This document shows positions 12,682 through 23,934 of a DNA stretch of 64,000 nt, in pieces. The translations under genes and the position numbers were made by a program. Location: contig NC_068983.1 of the NCBI RefSeq assembly GCF_001194135.2, forward strand, positions 21,668,694 through 21,732,693, read 5' to 3'. Below the pieces are notes generated by a model. It did not search any database and was not told the DNA's origin. It worked only from the letters and a program-made list of their open reading frames with translations. The DNA is from Octopus bimaculoides. Its lineage: Eukaryota. How positions within the stretch are numbered: the stretch's first letter is position 1; each line of letters opens with the position of its first letter.

Positions 12682-12915
12682 GTAAGTCAATTAAGATATA
12701 GTCTTTTATCCTATATTTCTTTACGTGTTTCAATCAGTGGGCTGTGGCCATGTTAGGGCACCATCTTGAAGAGTTTAATTTAACAACTCAACCCCATTAC
12801 TTATTTTATTTTTTTAAGTCTGGGACTTATTTTTATGATGTCTTTTGCTGGACTGCTAGGTTACAGGGATGTAAACAAACTAACACCAGTTGTTAAGCAG
12901 TGGCAAAGGACAAAA

Positions 12916-12947
<32 letters not shown>

Positions 12948-12951
12948 GACA

Positions 12952-13290
12952 GTGAAGGCACATGGCTCAGTGGTTAGAGCGTTGAGCTTATGATCGTGAG
13001 GTTGTGAGTTCAAATCCCAGACTGGGCTGCATGTTGTGTTCTTGAGCAAGATACTTTATTTCACATTGCTCCAGTTCACTCAACTGTAGAAATGAGTTGC
13101 GGTCACAGGTGCCAAGCTGTATCAGCCCCTTTATCTTTCCCTTGGATAACACTAGAGGTGTGGAGAGGGTAGGCTGGTATGCATGGGCAACTGCTGGTCT
13201 TCCATAAACAACCTTACCCGGACTTGTGCCTGGGAGGGTAGCTTTCTAGGTGCAATCCCATGGTCAGTCATGACCGAAGGGGGTCTCAGC
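12952..13290 (+). mobile_element. tRNA-derived CORE-type SINE (family D) in CCDC97 intron 1
   Basis: Head gtgaaggcacatggctcagtggttagagcg..gagttcaaatccc, ttgagcaagatac CORE-like block, and tail ..ctaggtgcaatcccatggtc..gaccgaaggggg. Related pieces lie at 16497-16685 and 45945-46100 (-). Confidence 0.75.
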
Positions 13291-15242
13291 ATATATGACA
13301 GATTTCTTTCAGATTCCAACTACCAAGTCCACTCATAAGGCTTTGGTCAGCCCAGGGCTGTAGTAGAAAACACTTGTCCAAAGTGTCATGCAGTGGACTA
13401 AACCTGAAACCATGTGGATGGGAAGCAAACTTCTTACCACACAGCCACACCTATGGCTGTTTTTGTAGTTAAGAACCTTAATTCTTTCTTCACCAACACA
13501 AGGACTAAAATAGGTGACTCATCAGAACATCAAAAGAAATGCCTTTGGTTTCTGGCATTCTGAGTTCTAACCCTCCTGGGTCAGTGTTTACCTTTCATCT
13601 TTTTGGGGTCAATAAATAATATACCAGTGTAGGATGGTTGACCGATCTAATTGTGAGTGTCAGATGAAACGCTTTGCAATATTTGTTCTGGTTCTTTACA
13701 TTCTGTGTTCAAATCCTACCATGATCTACTTAGGTTAAAGGTTTAATCTATCACCTAGTTTAATAGCCTATAGTGTACCTGGAACCTATAGTGATTTTAG
13801 CAAATTCTGCAGTGTTGCAAGCATTTGGGTTTAGCTCTCTGCTCTGAGTATAACTCCCTCCTTCTCACCAGTCTCAGCAGCCCTGCAAAGGCTCATGGAC
13901 ATTATTCCCTTCCAGACTAAAAGATAAAAAAACAAGAAGCAAAACAAAAGAAAGATATTAACACATTAGGCCACAAGCATAGTACATCATCTCAAACTAC
14001 CTTTATTATTGAATGTGCCTATTATTTTTTTAAATGGTATAGTGTTAAGTTGAGGTCTAGTTGCTTGCTGTTTCTAGCATTAAGAAAGTTGGCTAAACTT
14101 TCCCTCTGGATAGGATTATCTGTCCTAAATAGATTGGTGCTTAATTATTATTAATTCAGTAGATTTATATTCAAAAACATTCCAACTGGGACCATCCTGT
14201 CATTTATTTTCAATCATAGTACATCATCTTAAACTACCTTTTACAACTGAATGTGCCCATCATTTTTAAAATGGTTTAGTGTTAAGTTGAGGTCTAGTTA
14301 CCTGCTGTTTCTAGCATTTCTACCAATGAAACCCCCACACACACACACACACTCATTGTTTCTTGCTATGTATTTATTATTGCTTAATTATCTGAACATA
14401 ATCTGAATTCATTGTTTTAGCTGGGAGCACAATGATATTGTACAACAGGATACTATTTCTCTACATCAAATATTTGCTTATACTTACTGTTACCTGATTA
14501 GAATTTCTCCAATAATCTGTTCAACATGGGAAAAACTTTTCTGATTACATTGAACCTTTAATCTATCAAAAGGACATTCATCTAATTTGTTCTGTTCTTC
14601 TCATCTTACACAATCCTTTCTGTTATCTTGCTGCAAATATCTTCATTAAACTAATGCAAATCTCATCAACCAAATCCATGTATAACTAACTAGAAATGCA
14701 AATGATCTGTGTCTTTTATCTTAACCATGACTGCAATGACTTCTGGGGTGGGGGGTTATTTTTGAACTAACAACCCATACACTAATCTTCCCCAAACATT
14801 TCCAGTTTCCCCATTATTTTTCTCTTTTTGTGTTAGTCCAATTTAGTTTCTTCCCTGATTCCATACTTAACACTTTGTGCAATCTTTTCACCACCAAAAG
14901 ACATAAAAAGGCAATTCTTTGGAACTTTCTCATTGCCTAATTATTTTTTGACCTCTATTAACATCAACCAGTGAAAGTTCAAGCTTCTTTAAGCTACATG
15001 GATCTAAGAGAAGCAGAAGCCATTGTAATAGTGGTGAAGAAACAGCAAATATTCTTAGAAAATATCAGGAATGAACTGATTGCATGTTAGGATACTTTGT
15101 TATATTGATCCCAGAAGGATGATAGGCAAATTCGATTGTGGCAGAATTTAAGCTCAGAATGTAAAGACTTATAACACCATGAGGTATATTGTCCAATGTT
15201 ATTAATTTTGCCAATTCACCAACTTATATGATCTGGTATCTA

Positions 15243-15455
15243 AGGTAGTGAACTGGCAAAACCATAAACATGCCAGGCAAAATGTTTAGTGGCATTTTAT
15301 CTATCTTTATATCCTGAGTTCAAATTCCACCAAGGTCGACTTTGCCTTTCATCCTTTCAGGGTCAATAAAATAAGCACCAGTTGAGCTCTGGGGTCAATC
15401 TAATTGACTTATCCTTCCTCAAAATTGCTGGCATTGTGCCAAAACTTGAGAGCAA
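15243..15455 (+). mobile_element. tRNA-derived SINE family C (central gtcgactttgcctttcatcct domain)
   Basis: ctgagttcaaattccaccaaggtcgactttgcctttcatcctttcaggggtcaataaaataagcaccag; same family as 37650-38257. Confidence 0.75.
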
Positions 15456-16767
15456 TATTATGTAGTATCTATGTACCTATTCTCAAAAGCTAGGTGAACT
15501 CCTTAAGATATCTGATGCCTATTCCCCTAAAGATTAATGACTAAGGAAATTCACTGCTTTAACTGATCCAGTACTTATTCCTAAAAGATAGATTAATAGG
15601 ACAGCTCATTACTTAAGTTGGCCTGGGGACCATAACAGAAGACACTTAATTTGATCCAGTGTCTATTCCTAAAAGGTAGATAAATAAGTCAAATTCACTG
15701 CTTGAGCTGATCTGGTGCCTGTTCCTAAATGTTTAATGAATAAAGCAATTCATTGCTTCAGGTGATCTGGTTTCTATTTCCAAAAGCCAAACGAACTAAA
15801 GTAATAACTAAAGAAAATGTTCTGTCCAAGAATAGAACGATTTGTCTCTAGTGGTTTGGAAACTATGTGTTGGTAGTCCAATATGTTCCTCACTTTGCCG
15901 TCCCACCCATAACCTCAAGTGACTGTCATTGATATCAGTGGACCAAGGGTCTATAAGCTATATGCCACCAGCACCAATCTCTCTAGCTGAACTTCATCAT
16001 CATCATTTAACATCTATTTTCAATGCTGGTATGAGTTGGATGATTTAACAGGAGCTGTCCAGCCAGAGAGCTGTCCGGCTGGAGAGCTGTCCAGGATCCA
16101 GTTGTCTGTTTCAGCTTGGTTTCTATGGCTGGATGCCCTTCCTAATATCAGCCACTTTACAGAATGTGCTGGGTACTGCTTATGTGCCACCAGCATGAGT
16201 GCATTTTACACAGCACCAGCACAAGTGCATTGCATGTGGCACCAGCATGAGTGCATTTTTACATGGCACCAGCACCTGCAAGACATAGGCTGGGAGAAGG
16301 AGTGAGGACATGGCCTTAAAGGACACACCTGTATGTAAGGTTGACTGTGACTTTACTTAGCTTGTCTCAGTCAGGAGCCTCAGATCCCTGCCATCTCTTC
16401 AGTGAGGTCCACCATCTGAAGACCCCTTCACCCGACTTCATCCCATAATTAGAGACTGGCATTTCTTTAAGCGTTAAAACATAATTAATTGTATATAGTG
16501 AAGGCACAAAGATCAGTGGTTAGAGCATTGGGCTTACAATCATGTGGTTATGAGTTCAATTCCCAGACTAGTCTGTGTGTTGTGTTCTTGAGCAAGACAC
16601 TTTATTTCACGTTGCTCCTGTTCACTCAGCTGTAGAAATGAGTCGCGTGATCACTGGTGCCAAGCTGTATTGGCCTCTGCCTTTCCTTAATATATATATA
16701 TTACTGACATGATATGATTTTCTTTTGTGTTTTTTTTTTTTTTTTTTTTTTTTTTCTTCTTATTCAG

Positions 16768-16813
16768 GAAGAATGTTTTGAAGAATTTGACTCAGACTCA
16801 GATGAAGAAATTG
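16768..16813 (+). CDS. CCDC97: CCDC97 coding exon 2 (46 nt, EECFEEFDSDSDEEI)
   Basis: Poly-T tract + tattcag| acceptor and G|gtaatt donor; phase 0 to 1 fits the flanking exons; acidic linker expected in CCDC97. Confidence 0.85.
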
Positions 16814-17266
16814 GTAATTCCACTTTTACTAATTATCATTGTTGATATTCTTGTTAATATTGTTAGTTATGGATTGGCACAAATGCCGGGGTCGATTTGT
16901 TTGACTAAAGGCGGTGCTCCATCATGGCCGCAATCAAATGACTGAAATGTGTAAAAGAATGAAAGAATATATATATATATCGTTGCCAGTGCCACCGAAC
17001 TGGCTCCTGTGCAGGTGGCATGTAAAATACACCATTTCGAGCGTGGCCGTTGCCAGTACCGCCTGACTGGCCCTCGTGCCGGTGGCACGTAAAAGCACCC
17101 ACTACACTCTCAGAGTGGTTGGCGTTAGGAAGGGCATCCAGCTGTAGAAACTCTGCCAAATCAGATTGGAGCCTGGTGTAGCCATCTGGTTTAACCAGTC
17201 CTCAGTCAAGTCGCCCAACCCATGCTAGCATGGAAAGCAGACATTAAACGAGGAATGTGATGATTA

Positions 17267-17300
<34 letters not shown>

Positions 17301-17450
17301 ATGTGTGTGTGTGTCTCAGGCTAAACAAAGCCTTGTGAGTAAATTTTCATTGTTGTGTGTGTGAATAGAAATTTCCTTTACTTATATTTATTTGTCTATA
17401 TTTGTATTTTTCTTGAGAGTTTTTTTTTTTTTCTGCTGTATTTGTCACAG

Positions 17451-17565
17451 AAATACCTGCCAAAAGGAAACTGTCCAAAACTGAAAAGAAAGTATTACGG
17501 GCTGAATTCCTTCACATAATGCAAGAAAGATTCTTAGATGGGAAGGATCTTGGCTATGATTACAG
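17451..17565 (+). CDS. CCDC97: CCDC97 coding exon 3 (115 nt)
   Basis: tttgtcacag| ... AG|gtatgt; (E)IPAKRKLSKTEKKVLRAEFLHIMQERFLDGKDLGYDY matches the conserved LRxEF...MxxRFLxGKDxxFDY motif; phase 1 to 2. Confidence 0.93.
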
Positions 17566-17857
17566 GTATGTTCTGTAATGTGTTTGCCATGTTGTTGTAT
17601 AGCGCTCCATCAACTTAAAGCAAATTCATGGTCTACAGTTAAACTCATTAAAAAGACACTTTGATTGACATTCTAAGAACAGGCGTGGCAGCATGGTAAG
17701 AAGTTTGCTTCCCATCCACATGGTTTTGGGTTCAGTCCCACTGAGTATCACCTTGGATTTGTCTCTTCTGCTATAGCCTTTGCCCAACTGAGAGATAGAG
17801 TAAGAAATACAGTGACAAAAGGGTTAATATTGTTTTTTTTTTCTTTTGGTTTTTCAG

Positions 17858-17972
17858 TACAATTGATGACAACGCTGTGTACGACGACCTGGATACAGAA
17901 GACAAAGATGAAGAAGAGAAGTACTTTGATAACGAGGAGCCACAGATGCTGGATGACACCAACTGTACATAG
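17858..17972 (+). CDS. CCDC97: CCDC97 coding exon 4 (115 nt, with TAG stop)
   Basis: ttttcag| acceptor; (S)TIDDNAVYDDLDTEDKDEEEKYFDNEEPQMLDDTNCT*. Total CDS 765+46+115+115=1041 nt = 346 aa. Confidence 0.93.
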
Positions 17973-18205
17973 ATAAAAGCAACTTTCAATGCACCCCTTG
18001 ACTACATCTGGGTTTAGTCAGTCCTAACAGATTTGAGTGAAGAGGAAGAAAGAGAGAGAAAGTGCAGCAGATGTTATAGTCATTGAAGGTTTGGCATAGA
18101 AAGAGAAAAGTTGATAACGAGAAGTTTTATACGGAATTGATGTTATAAAGAAATAAGTATTTATATATGTATATATATACATAATGCCTCTCCCAAGGTT
18201 TAATA

Positions 18206-18255
<50 letters not shown>

Positions 18256-18483
18256 TGTGCATATTTTTCACACACATACAATGTATTTGTATATATATAT
18301 ATATATATATATAAGCAAATATTTGCTGATCCCTTAATTATGTTTATAAATATATATATATATGTATATATATATATCATCATCATCACATCATCATCAA
18401 ATGGCCATTGTCTATGTTGGCATGGATTGGACAGTTTGACCAGAGCTGGCCAACCCATGCCAGCATGGACAATGGACATTAAA

Positions 18484-18522
<39 letters not shown>

Positions 18523-18808
18523 GGAAGCAGCGGTTTAGTAATGTGTTACCAAAGAAGAAAACTGTTATTGTCATTAAGTATGACTGAGGGTATTAGAAAA
18601 CCTACAATGCTAGAAATAAGAGCTAAAGTTCACTGATGCTGCACTCAACGCACATAATTGTATACATACATACTGACAGTGACCATAAACAGCCAAAAGT
18701 GGTTGTTGAAATATCTCTATACTGTTGCTGTCGGTTTGTATATATACAATTATGTGCATTGACTGCAGCATTAGAGAGCTTCAGCTCCTATTTCTTGCAT
18801 TGTAGCTG

Positions 18809-18842
<34 letters not shown>

Positions 18843-19173
18843 AAAAGAACCAAGTTTCATGAACTCATCGATGAAAATCCATAAATTGATTTTAATTGAG
18901 TTTTTACCTGTAATTTTGGATTTTGTCTCTAATATATNNNNNNNNNNNNNNNNNNNNNNNNNNNNNNNNNNNNNNNNNNNNNNNNNNNNNNNNNNNNNNN
19001 NNNNNNNNNNNNNNNNNNNNNNNNNNNNNNNNNNNNNNNNNNNNNNNNNNNNNNNNNNNNNNNNNNNNNNNNNNNNNNNNNNNNNNNNNNNNNNNNNNNN
19101 NNNNNNNNNNNNNNNNNNNNNNNNNNNNNNNNNNNNNNNNNNNNNNNNNNNNNNNNNNNNNNNNNNNNNNNNN

Positions 19174-19213
<40 letters not shown>

Positions 19214-20431
19214 TTATTGCATGTGTTCATGTATGTATAATGTGTGTGGTGGGTGGCTGGCAAGATTGATAGATTGTTTGACAAAATACTTTGTGGTTTT
19301 TGATTACCTTCTGAGTTCAGATATTGCCCAGATCAATAAAACATGAAAACGTGTAACAGTTAATAAATGCTGAAAGGGTAGCAGGGTACCAATGTATAAC
19401 TATAACCCTGCAGTGCCTCAGCATGGCCACAGTTCAGTGACTGAAACCTCTTAAAGCGTTATATATCAGATTTTGTAAAAGAAGTGTATTTGAAAAGAGT
19501 TGTGATGGACAGTACAGAGAAAGGACAGACAAAAAAAGCAATGCAGACAAAGACTGCAAGAGTGCAGACTTTATCTTATTTCTATTACTCATAAAATATT
19601 TTTAACTAATTCTTTTGGGTTTTTTTTTTTTTCTATCTTTATTTCTTTTCTATATTTATATTTTTTTATACATTTTAAGCCAAAGAACTTATTGTAATTT
19701 ACTTGCTCCTCTGAGTTTTCTCACAGCAAAAATACTCAATGTTGAATAGTAAACTGCATTGAATTTTTCATCTTGTATTATATATATTCAATCAATTACC
19801 TTGTTATTTGTTTGTTATTGGCCATATATATTAGTCAATATCATCATCATCTTTTGTATGCTTGCATAAATCAGGTCACAGAAGGGCGAACCCATGCCAG
19901 CATGGAAAGCGGACGTTAAACCATGATGATGAACAGGTTGCATACAATTTTAAGGCTACATTTTTTTCCCACCTCTGTCATAGGGTGTCATAACACCCTG
20001 GTTGGAAACCACTGCTATAGTACATTGTATTGCCATTCACCCAACTCAGTACATTACCATATTCATTAGCTTTCAAGACATATTTTTGGTGAGATTCGAA
20101 GTCTATACACAAAAGAATGAAAAAACTTCTCCATTGTCTTCATTCTTTAGCATTCGGACTACTTTGTCAAATTTAATGCTTAATTATTCCTATTGTTTTG
20201 AATTAACCATGTATTATCTTGCAGCTTTGAGATTTCAGTGATGTGCTTGTTTATTTTTAAAATGACATTGTAGGGTAGGTGTGAGAGGCTGGATCTAGTC
20301 AGTGTGCATGTAAACAGGTAGAATATTTTGGGCTGCTAAAGTGTTAAAAAAGATGTTTTTCTTTTGCTAATGAAGGGCCTGACTTGGAAATATGAAATTC
20401 TTCCACTTCCCACCAGATACACATCATTATT

Positions 20432-20689
20432 CAATACAGTTCTATATTTAAGAGATGAGGAATTATGTACATTATTTACATTTGACAGATATTTGTCCTC
20501 ATCTTGTTTGTTGTTAACATGTTTCAACTGATATAACGTCCAGCCTTCATCAGGTGTCTTGGGGAAATTTCGAACCTGGGTTCTCATTCCTAAGGTATTT
20601 TTCGATGTTGTTGTTATCATTATTATTATTATTCAGGTCACTGCCTGGAATCGAACTCGAAATCTTGGGGTTAGTAGCCCGCGCTCTTA
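20432..20689 (-). mobile_element. tRNA-headed, hammerhead-bearing repeat, left arm (5'-truncated head, degenerate ribozyme)
   Basis: The reverse complement reads taagagcgcgggctactaaccccaagatttcgagttcgattcc.. (B box), (aat)n, ..gacacCTGATGAaggctg..cagttGAAACatgtt.., tail; it is an inverted copy of 20698-21189. Confidence 0.75.
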
Positions 20690-20804
20690 TGCCCACAGGC
20701 ATATGGCATAGCGGTTAAGATCGTGGGCTACTAACCCCAAGATTCCGAGTCCAATTCCAGACAGCGACCTGGATAATAATAATAATAATAATAATGATGA
20801 TAAT

Positions 20805-21014
20805 ATTCAGACAAATACATAACAAAAATAGCAGGACTTACAAATATATATAACATACAGAAAATTGCACTACTGGGTACTGCACACATCCTACGCAAAA
20901 CACTTTCAATAAAGTAAACATAAGAGCACCACAGCAAACCGCAGCACATACCCAAGGCGCACAGAGCTGCGCTCGGTAGTGAAGTGAAAGCACGTTATAA
21001 AAATAAAACTACTG
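20805..21014 (+). mobile_element. 3' end of an R4/Dong-clade (RLE) non-LTR element inserted in (AAT)n
   Basis: SDKYITKIAGLTNIYNIQKIALLGTAHILRKTLSIK* (stop 20915-20917) is the QKxxLLGTAxILRxxL terminus of R4/Dong/Rex6 ORFs. It is flanked by (aat)n on both sides and absent from the left arm. Confidence 0.8.
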
Positions 21015-21098
21015 AATAATAATAATAATAATAATAACAACAACAACAACATTGAAAAATACCTTAGGAACGAGAACCCAGGTTCAAAATTTCCCCAA

Positions 21099-21144
21099 GA
21101 CACCTGATGAAGGCTGGAGGGTATATCAGCCGAAACGTTGTGTT
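21099..21144 (+). ncRNA. Type I hammerhead ribozyme, minimal, with palindromic helix III
   Basis: GACAC-CUGAUGA-a-GGCUG(gagggtatat)CAGCC-GAAA-C-GUU-GUGUU: helix I GACAC/GUGUU, helix II 5 bp, ACGU palindrome for helix III, predicted cleavage after U21139. Confidence 0.75.
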
Positions 21145-21445
21145 AACAACAAACAAGATGAGGACAAATATCCATCAAATGTAAATAATATCATTATTCA
21201 ATGTCTGGCCTCCATGCTAACATAAGCTGGATGATCCAACAGGTTGTTATAAGTCAGAGGATTGCATTATGCTCCAATGTTTCTTTTGGTATGGTTTCTC
21301 TTGTTAGATGCACTTCCTAATGCCAGCTGGAGCATCCACTTAATCAATCTCACCATCTTCTCCATATTCTTTGGTGGTGCAAATCACCATTGCTTTGCTC
21401 TAACTTTGTTGTACCGAACTCAAAGGTTGGAAACCTTTGTATGTT

Positions 21446-21602
21446 GGAGTGGCTGTGTAGTAAGTAGCTTGCTTACCAACCACATGGTTCTGGGTTCAGA
21501 CCCACTGCGTGGCACCTTGGACAAGTGTCATATACTAGCTTCAGGCTGACCAAAGCCTTGTGAGTGGATTTAGTAGATGGAAACTGAAAGAAGCCCATCG
21601 TA

Positions 21603-21639
<37 letters not shown>

Positions 21640-21835
21640 TTGTGTGTCTGTCCCACCAACATCACTTGACAACTGATGCTGGTGTGTTTACGTCCCCGAA
21701 ACCTAGCAGTTCAGCAAAAGAGACCCATAGAATAAGTACAAGGCTTACAAAGAATAAGTTCTGGGGTCGATTTGCTCGACTAAAGGCGGTGCCCCAGCAT
21801 GGCCACAGTCAAATGACTGAAACAAGTAAAAGAGA
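21446..21835 (+). mobile_element. CORE-type SINE family A, full length
   Basis: Head, tggcaccttggacaagtgtc CORE-like block, internal (TA)n and tail aacaagtaaaagag. Confidence 0.85.
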
Positions 21836-22450
21836 GTATTTGTATGCTTTAAACATTATTGGCAGTTGCTTTAAACAAGTAATCAAGTGTGTAGGTAAGG
21901 ATATATAAATCAGCGTTTGGAAGGATAAACTATGTAAAATTAGATAAACCAAATCGTTCCAATAAAACCATTTTCCATCAAAAGTTGTACTTCTTTCAGT
22001 GAGCCACACCTGGCTTTTCAGAACTCCACAAGTTCTCTGCCTCACACTTAAATACTTGTTCGGCATTTAGTTTGACTCACTGCTATATCTAACTCAATGA
22101 TATGCCTCATTTAAACATTGATTTCTGACGATAATGCATAAGGCCAACCTTTGTAGAAAATGCAATATAGTTGATTGAAGTAGCATTAACTGTGCTAACA
22201 CTGCAACACCTATTGTTAATAATTCTTCATGCTTCACGTATTACACTCGTATGGGAAGAAAATGACAAAATTGAAAGCTTGGATGAGCTCTAAGGATTCA
22301 TTATATTTGATCAGCATAATTGCATACAAGCAGTTGTAATATCTGGAAGTTGTTGGAAAATTATTGACATTTGAATAATTCATATGGTTCTCTTTCTCTC
22401 TCTCTCTTTTACCGGTTTTAGACAAGAAAAGAATATTAGTTGATGATACT

Positions 22451-22703
22451 AACTCCAATATTTCTTTCATCAATATATTGTTATTGAATGGCCATATTAC
22501 TTTTCTAGCATAAAGAGATACAACTCAACATACTAGTTTGCACAAAGACACACAGAGACATATATACATATTAGTGTGCATATATATGTTTCTGTGTCTC
22601 TTTGTATAAACTAGTATGCTGAGATGTATCTCTTTATGCCAGAAAAGTAATATGACCATTCAATCACAGCATATTGATGAAATAAATACTGGAGTTAGTA
22701 TCA
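22451..22703. repeat. Fold-back element with about 115-bp imperfect inverted arms
   Basis: tgatactaactcca..cacagagacatata pairs with tatatgtttctgtg..tggagttagtatca. Confidence 0.85.
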
Positions 22704-22713
22704 TATATATATA

Positions 22714-23090
22714 CCGTAAATCCTCGAGTATAGTCCGCCCTTGAGTATAATACACAAGGAATTTTTAGGGGGCTGTACTTTTGAAAAACCTAAACCTTGT
22801 GTATAATACACACCCCTTCTCTAACTAGAGTCAAGTCTATATAACATCCCTGGTTTGTAAACATATATACAGTAACATCCTTTATTGTTATTGTATATAT
22901 ATAACATAATGCAAACGTGTAGCTTTTTTGTGCACTTTGCAGAAAATAAAGAAATAACAGTGAAAAATAAATAATAAGTAAATTGCTTTTACATATTTAT
23001 CACTATCAGTTACAAGCCCGGCACCACCAAATGCGTCTGAATAAACATTGCCGGACAGCAAATAGAGACTTGGACACCCACCCACAGACA
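22714..23090 (+). mobile_element. pogo/Tigger-like non-autonomous DNA transposon, left part
   Basis: ta|ccgtaaatcctcgagtata terminal motif and a subterminal repeated ccttg(a/t)gtataatacaca; the right TIR was not seen (a mariner-like end starts at about 23096). Confidence 0.45.
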
Positions 23091-23934
23091 CATACATGCG
23101 AGGGGTGCCAAAAAGTTCTTGGTTTTCGGTAAAAGAAAATAAGGAGGATCAGTTAATGATTTTATTCAACATATTCCCCTCTCAGATTCACATGCTTATT
23201 GCAGTGGTCCTTCAGTTTTCTAAGCCCTATAAAAGAACTTGGAAAGTTGAGCTGTCAGTTCTTGTTTGGAATTACTGCCCTCCTAGACAAGTGACATTTC
23301 ACATCACTGTATAATCCATTTTTGGCATGTTTTCTATAGCAGGATGCCCTTCTTACTGTCAGACTCTTTACATATTGTACCAAGTGCATGCTATCAAAAC
23401 ATAGTGTTACAGGGGTAACCATTTCCTTAGTAAGACCAAAGAGTTCACTTGACCCTGCGTTGTATTTATTCTTTAATGAGTGCACTACATGTGTTTTATT
23501 GTGGGATGAGCACAAGAGAGGTTCTGCAAGACAAAAGCATTTTCTCTATATTGTTTCCATTTGTTCAAGGTAAATGTGATCAAGAGTGGAAATAGAAGAG
23601 AGTGAGATAACAAGAAGGACAGGAAAAAGAATAAAAACCCAAGACAAAAAAAAGTATGAGTATAATAGGAGAAATAGAGACATTGAAAGGCAGCTACATC
23701 TTGGTTGTTGGTAAACTGCTTGAATAGAAAAGTAGCATGAGTGATATCTTGTGATGTGGGGTGACAGAGTGATAGAAGTACTGGGAGAATGATGGAAATC
23801 AAGAAAGAGCGACTGTGTGTTCATGTGTGTGCGTAGAAAAATTTAGTTATCACTAGGTATCATACTAAATGTATACACACAGAAGGCATGATGAAGCTAT
23901 AAAATTTTCTGATCTAAAAATCTTTTCATAGACT

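Larger units (their letters stand above)
20698..21189 (+). mobile_element. tRNA-headed, hammerhead-bearing repeat, right arm (with nested R4/Dong 3' end)
   Basis: A box TGGCATAGCGG (20705-20715), B-box-like gagtccaattcc, (aat)n, body, hammerhead 21099-21144 and tail shared with the left arm. Confidence 0.75.

Noticed and set aside
13975-14320. About 105-bp block present twice in CCDC97 intron 1
   Set aside because: It looks like two fragments of a common dispersed repeat (related pieces near 31200 and 48900); unremarkable.
20698-20772. tRNA-Ser-like sequence as a true tRNA gene
   Set aside because: The acceptor and anticodon stems do not pair properly and it continues into a repeat body, so it is a SINE-type head. 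The same applies to all other tRNA-like heads in the window.
23255-23824. Minus-strand ORFs with hydrophobic stretches
   Set aside because: The hydrophobicity comes from T-rich sequence; there is no recognisable motif or splice framework.
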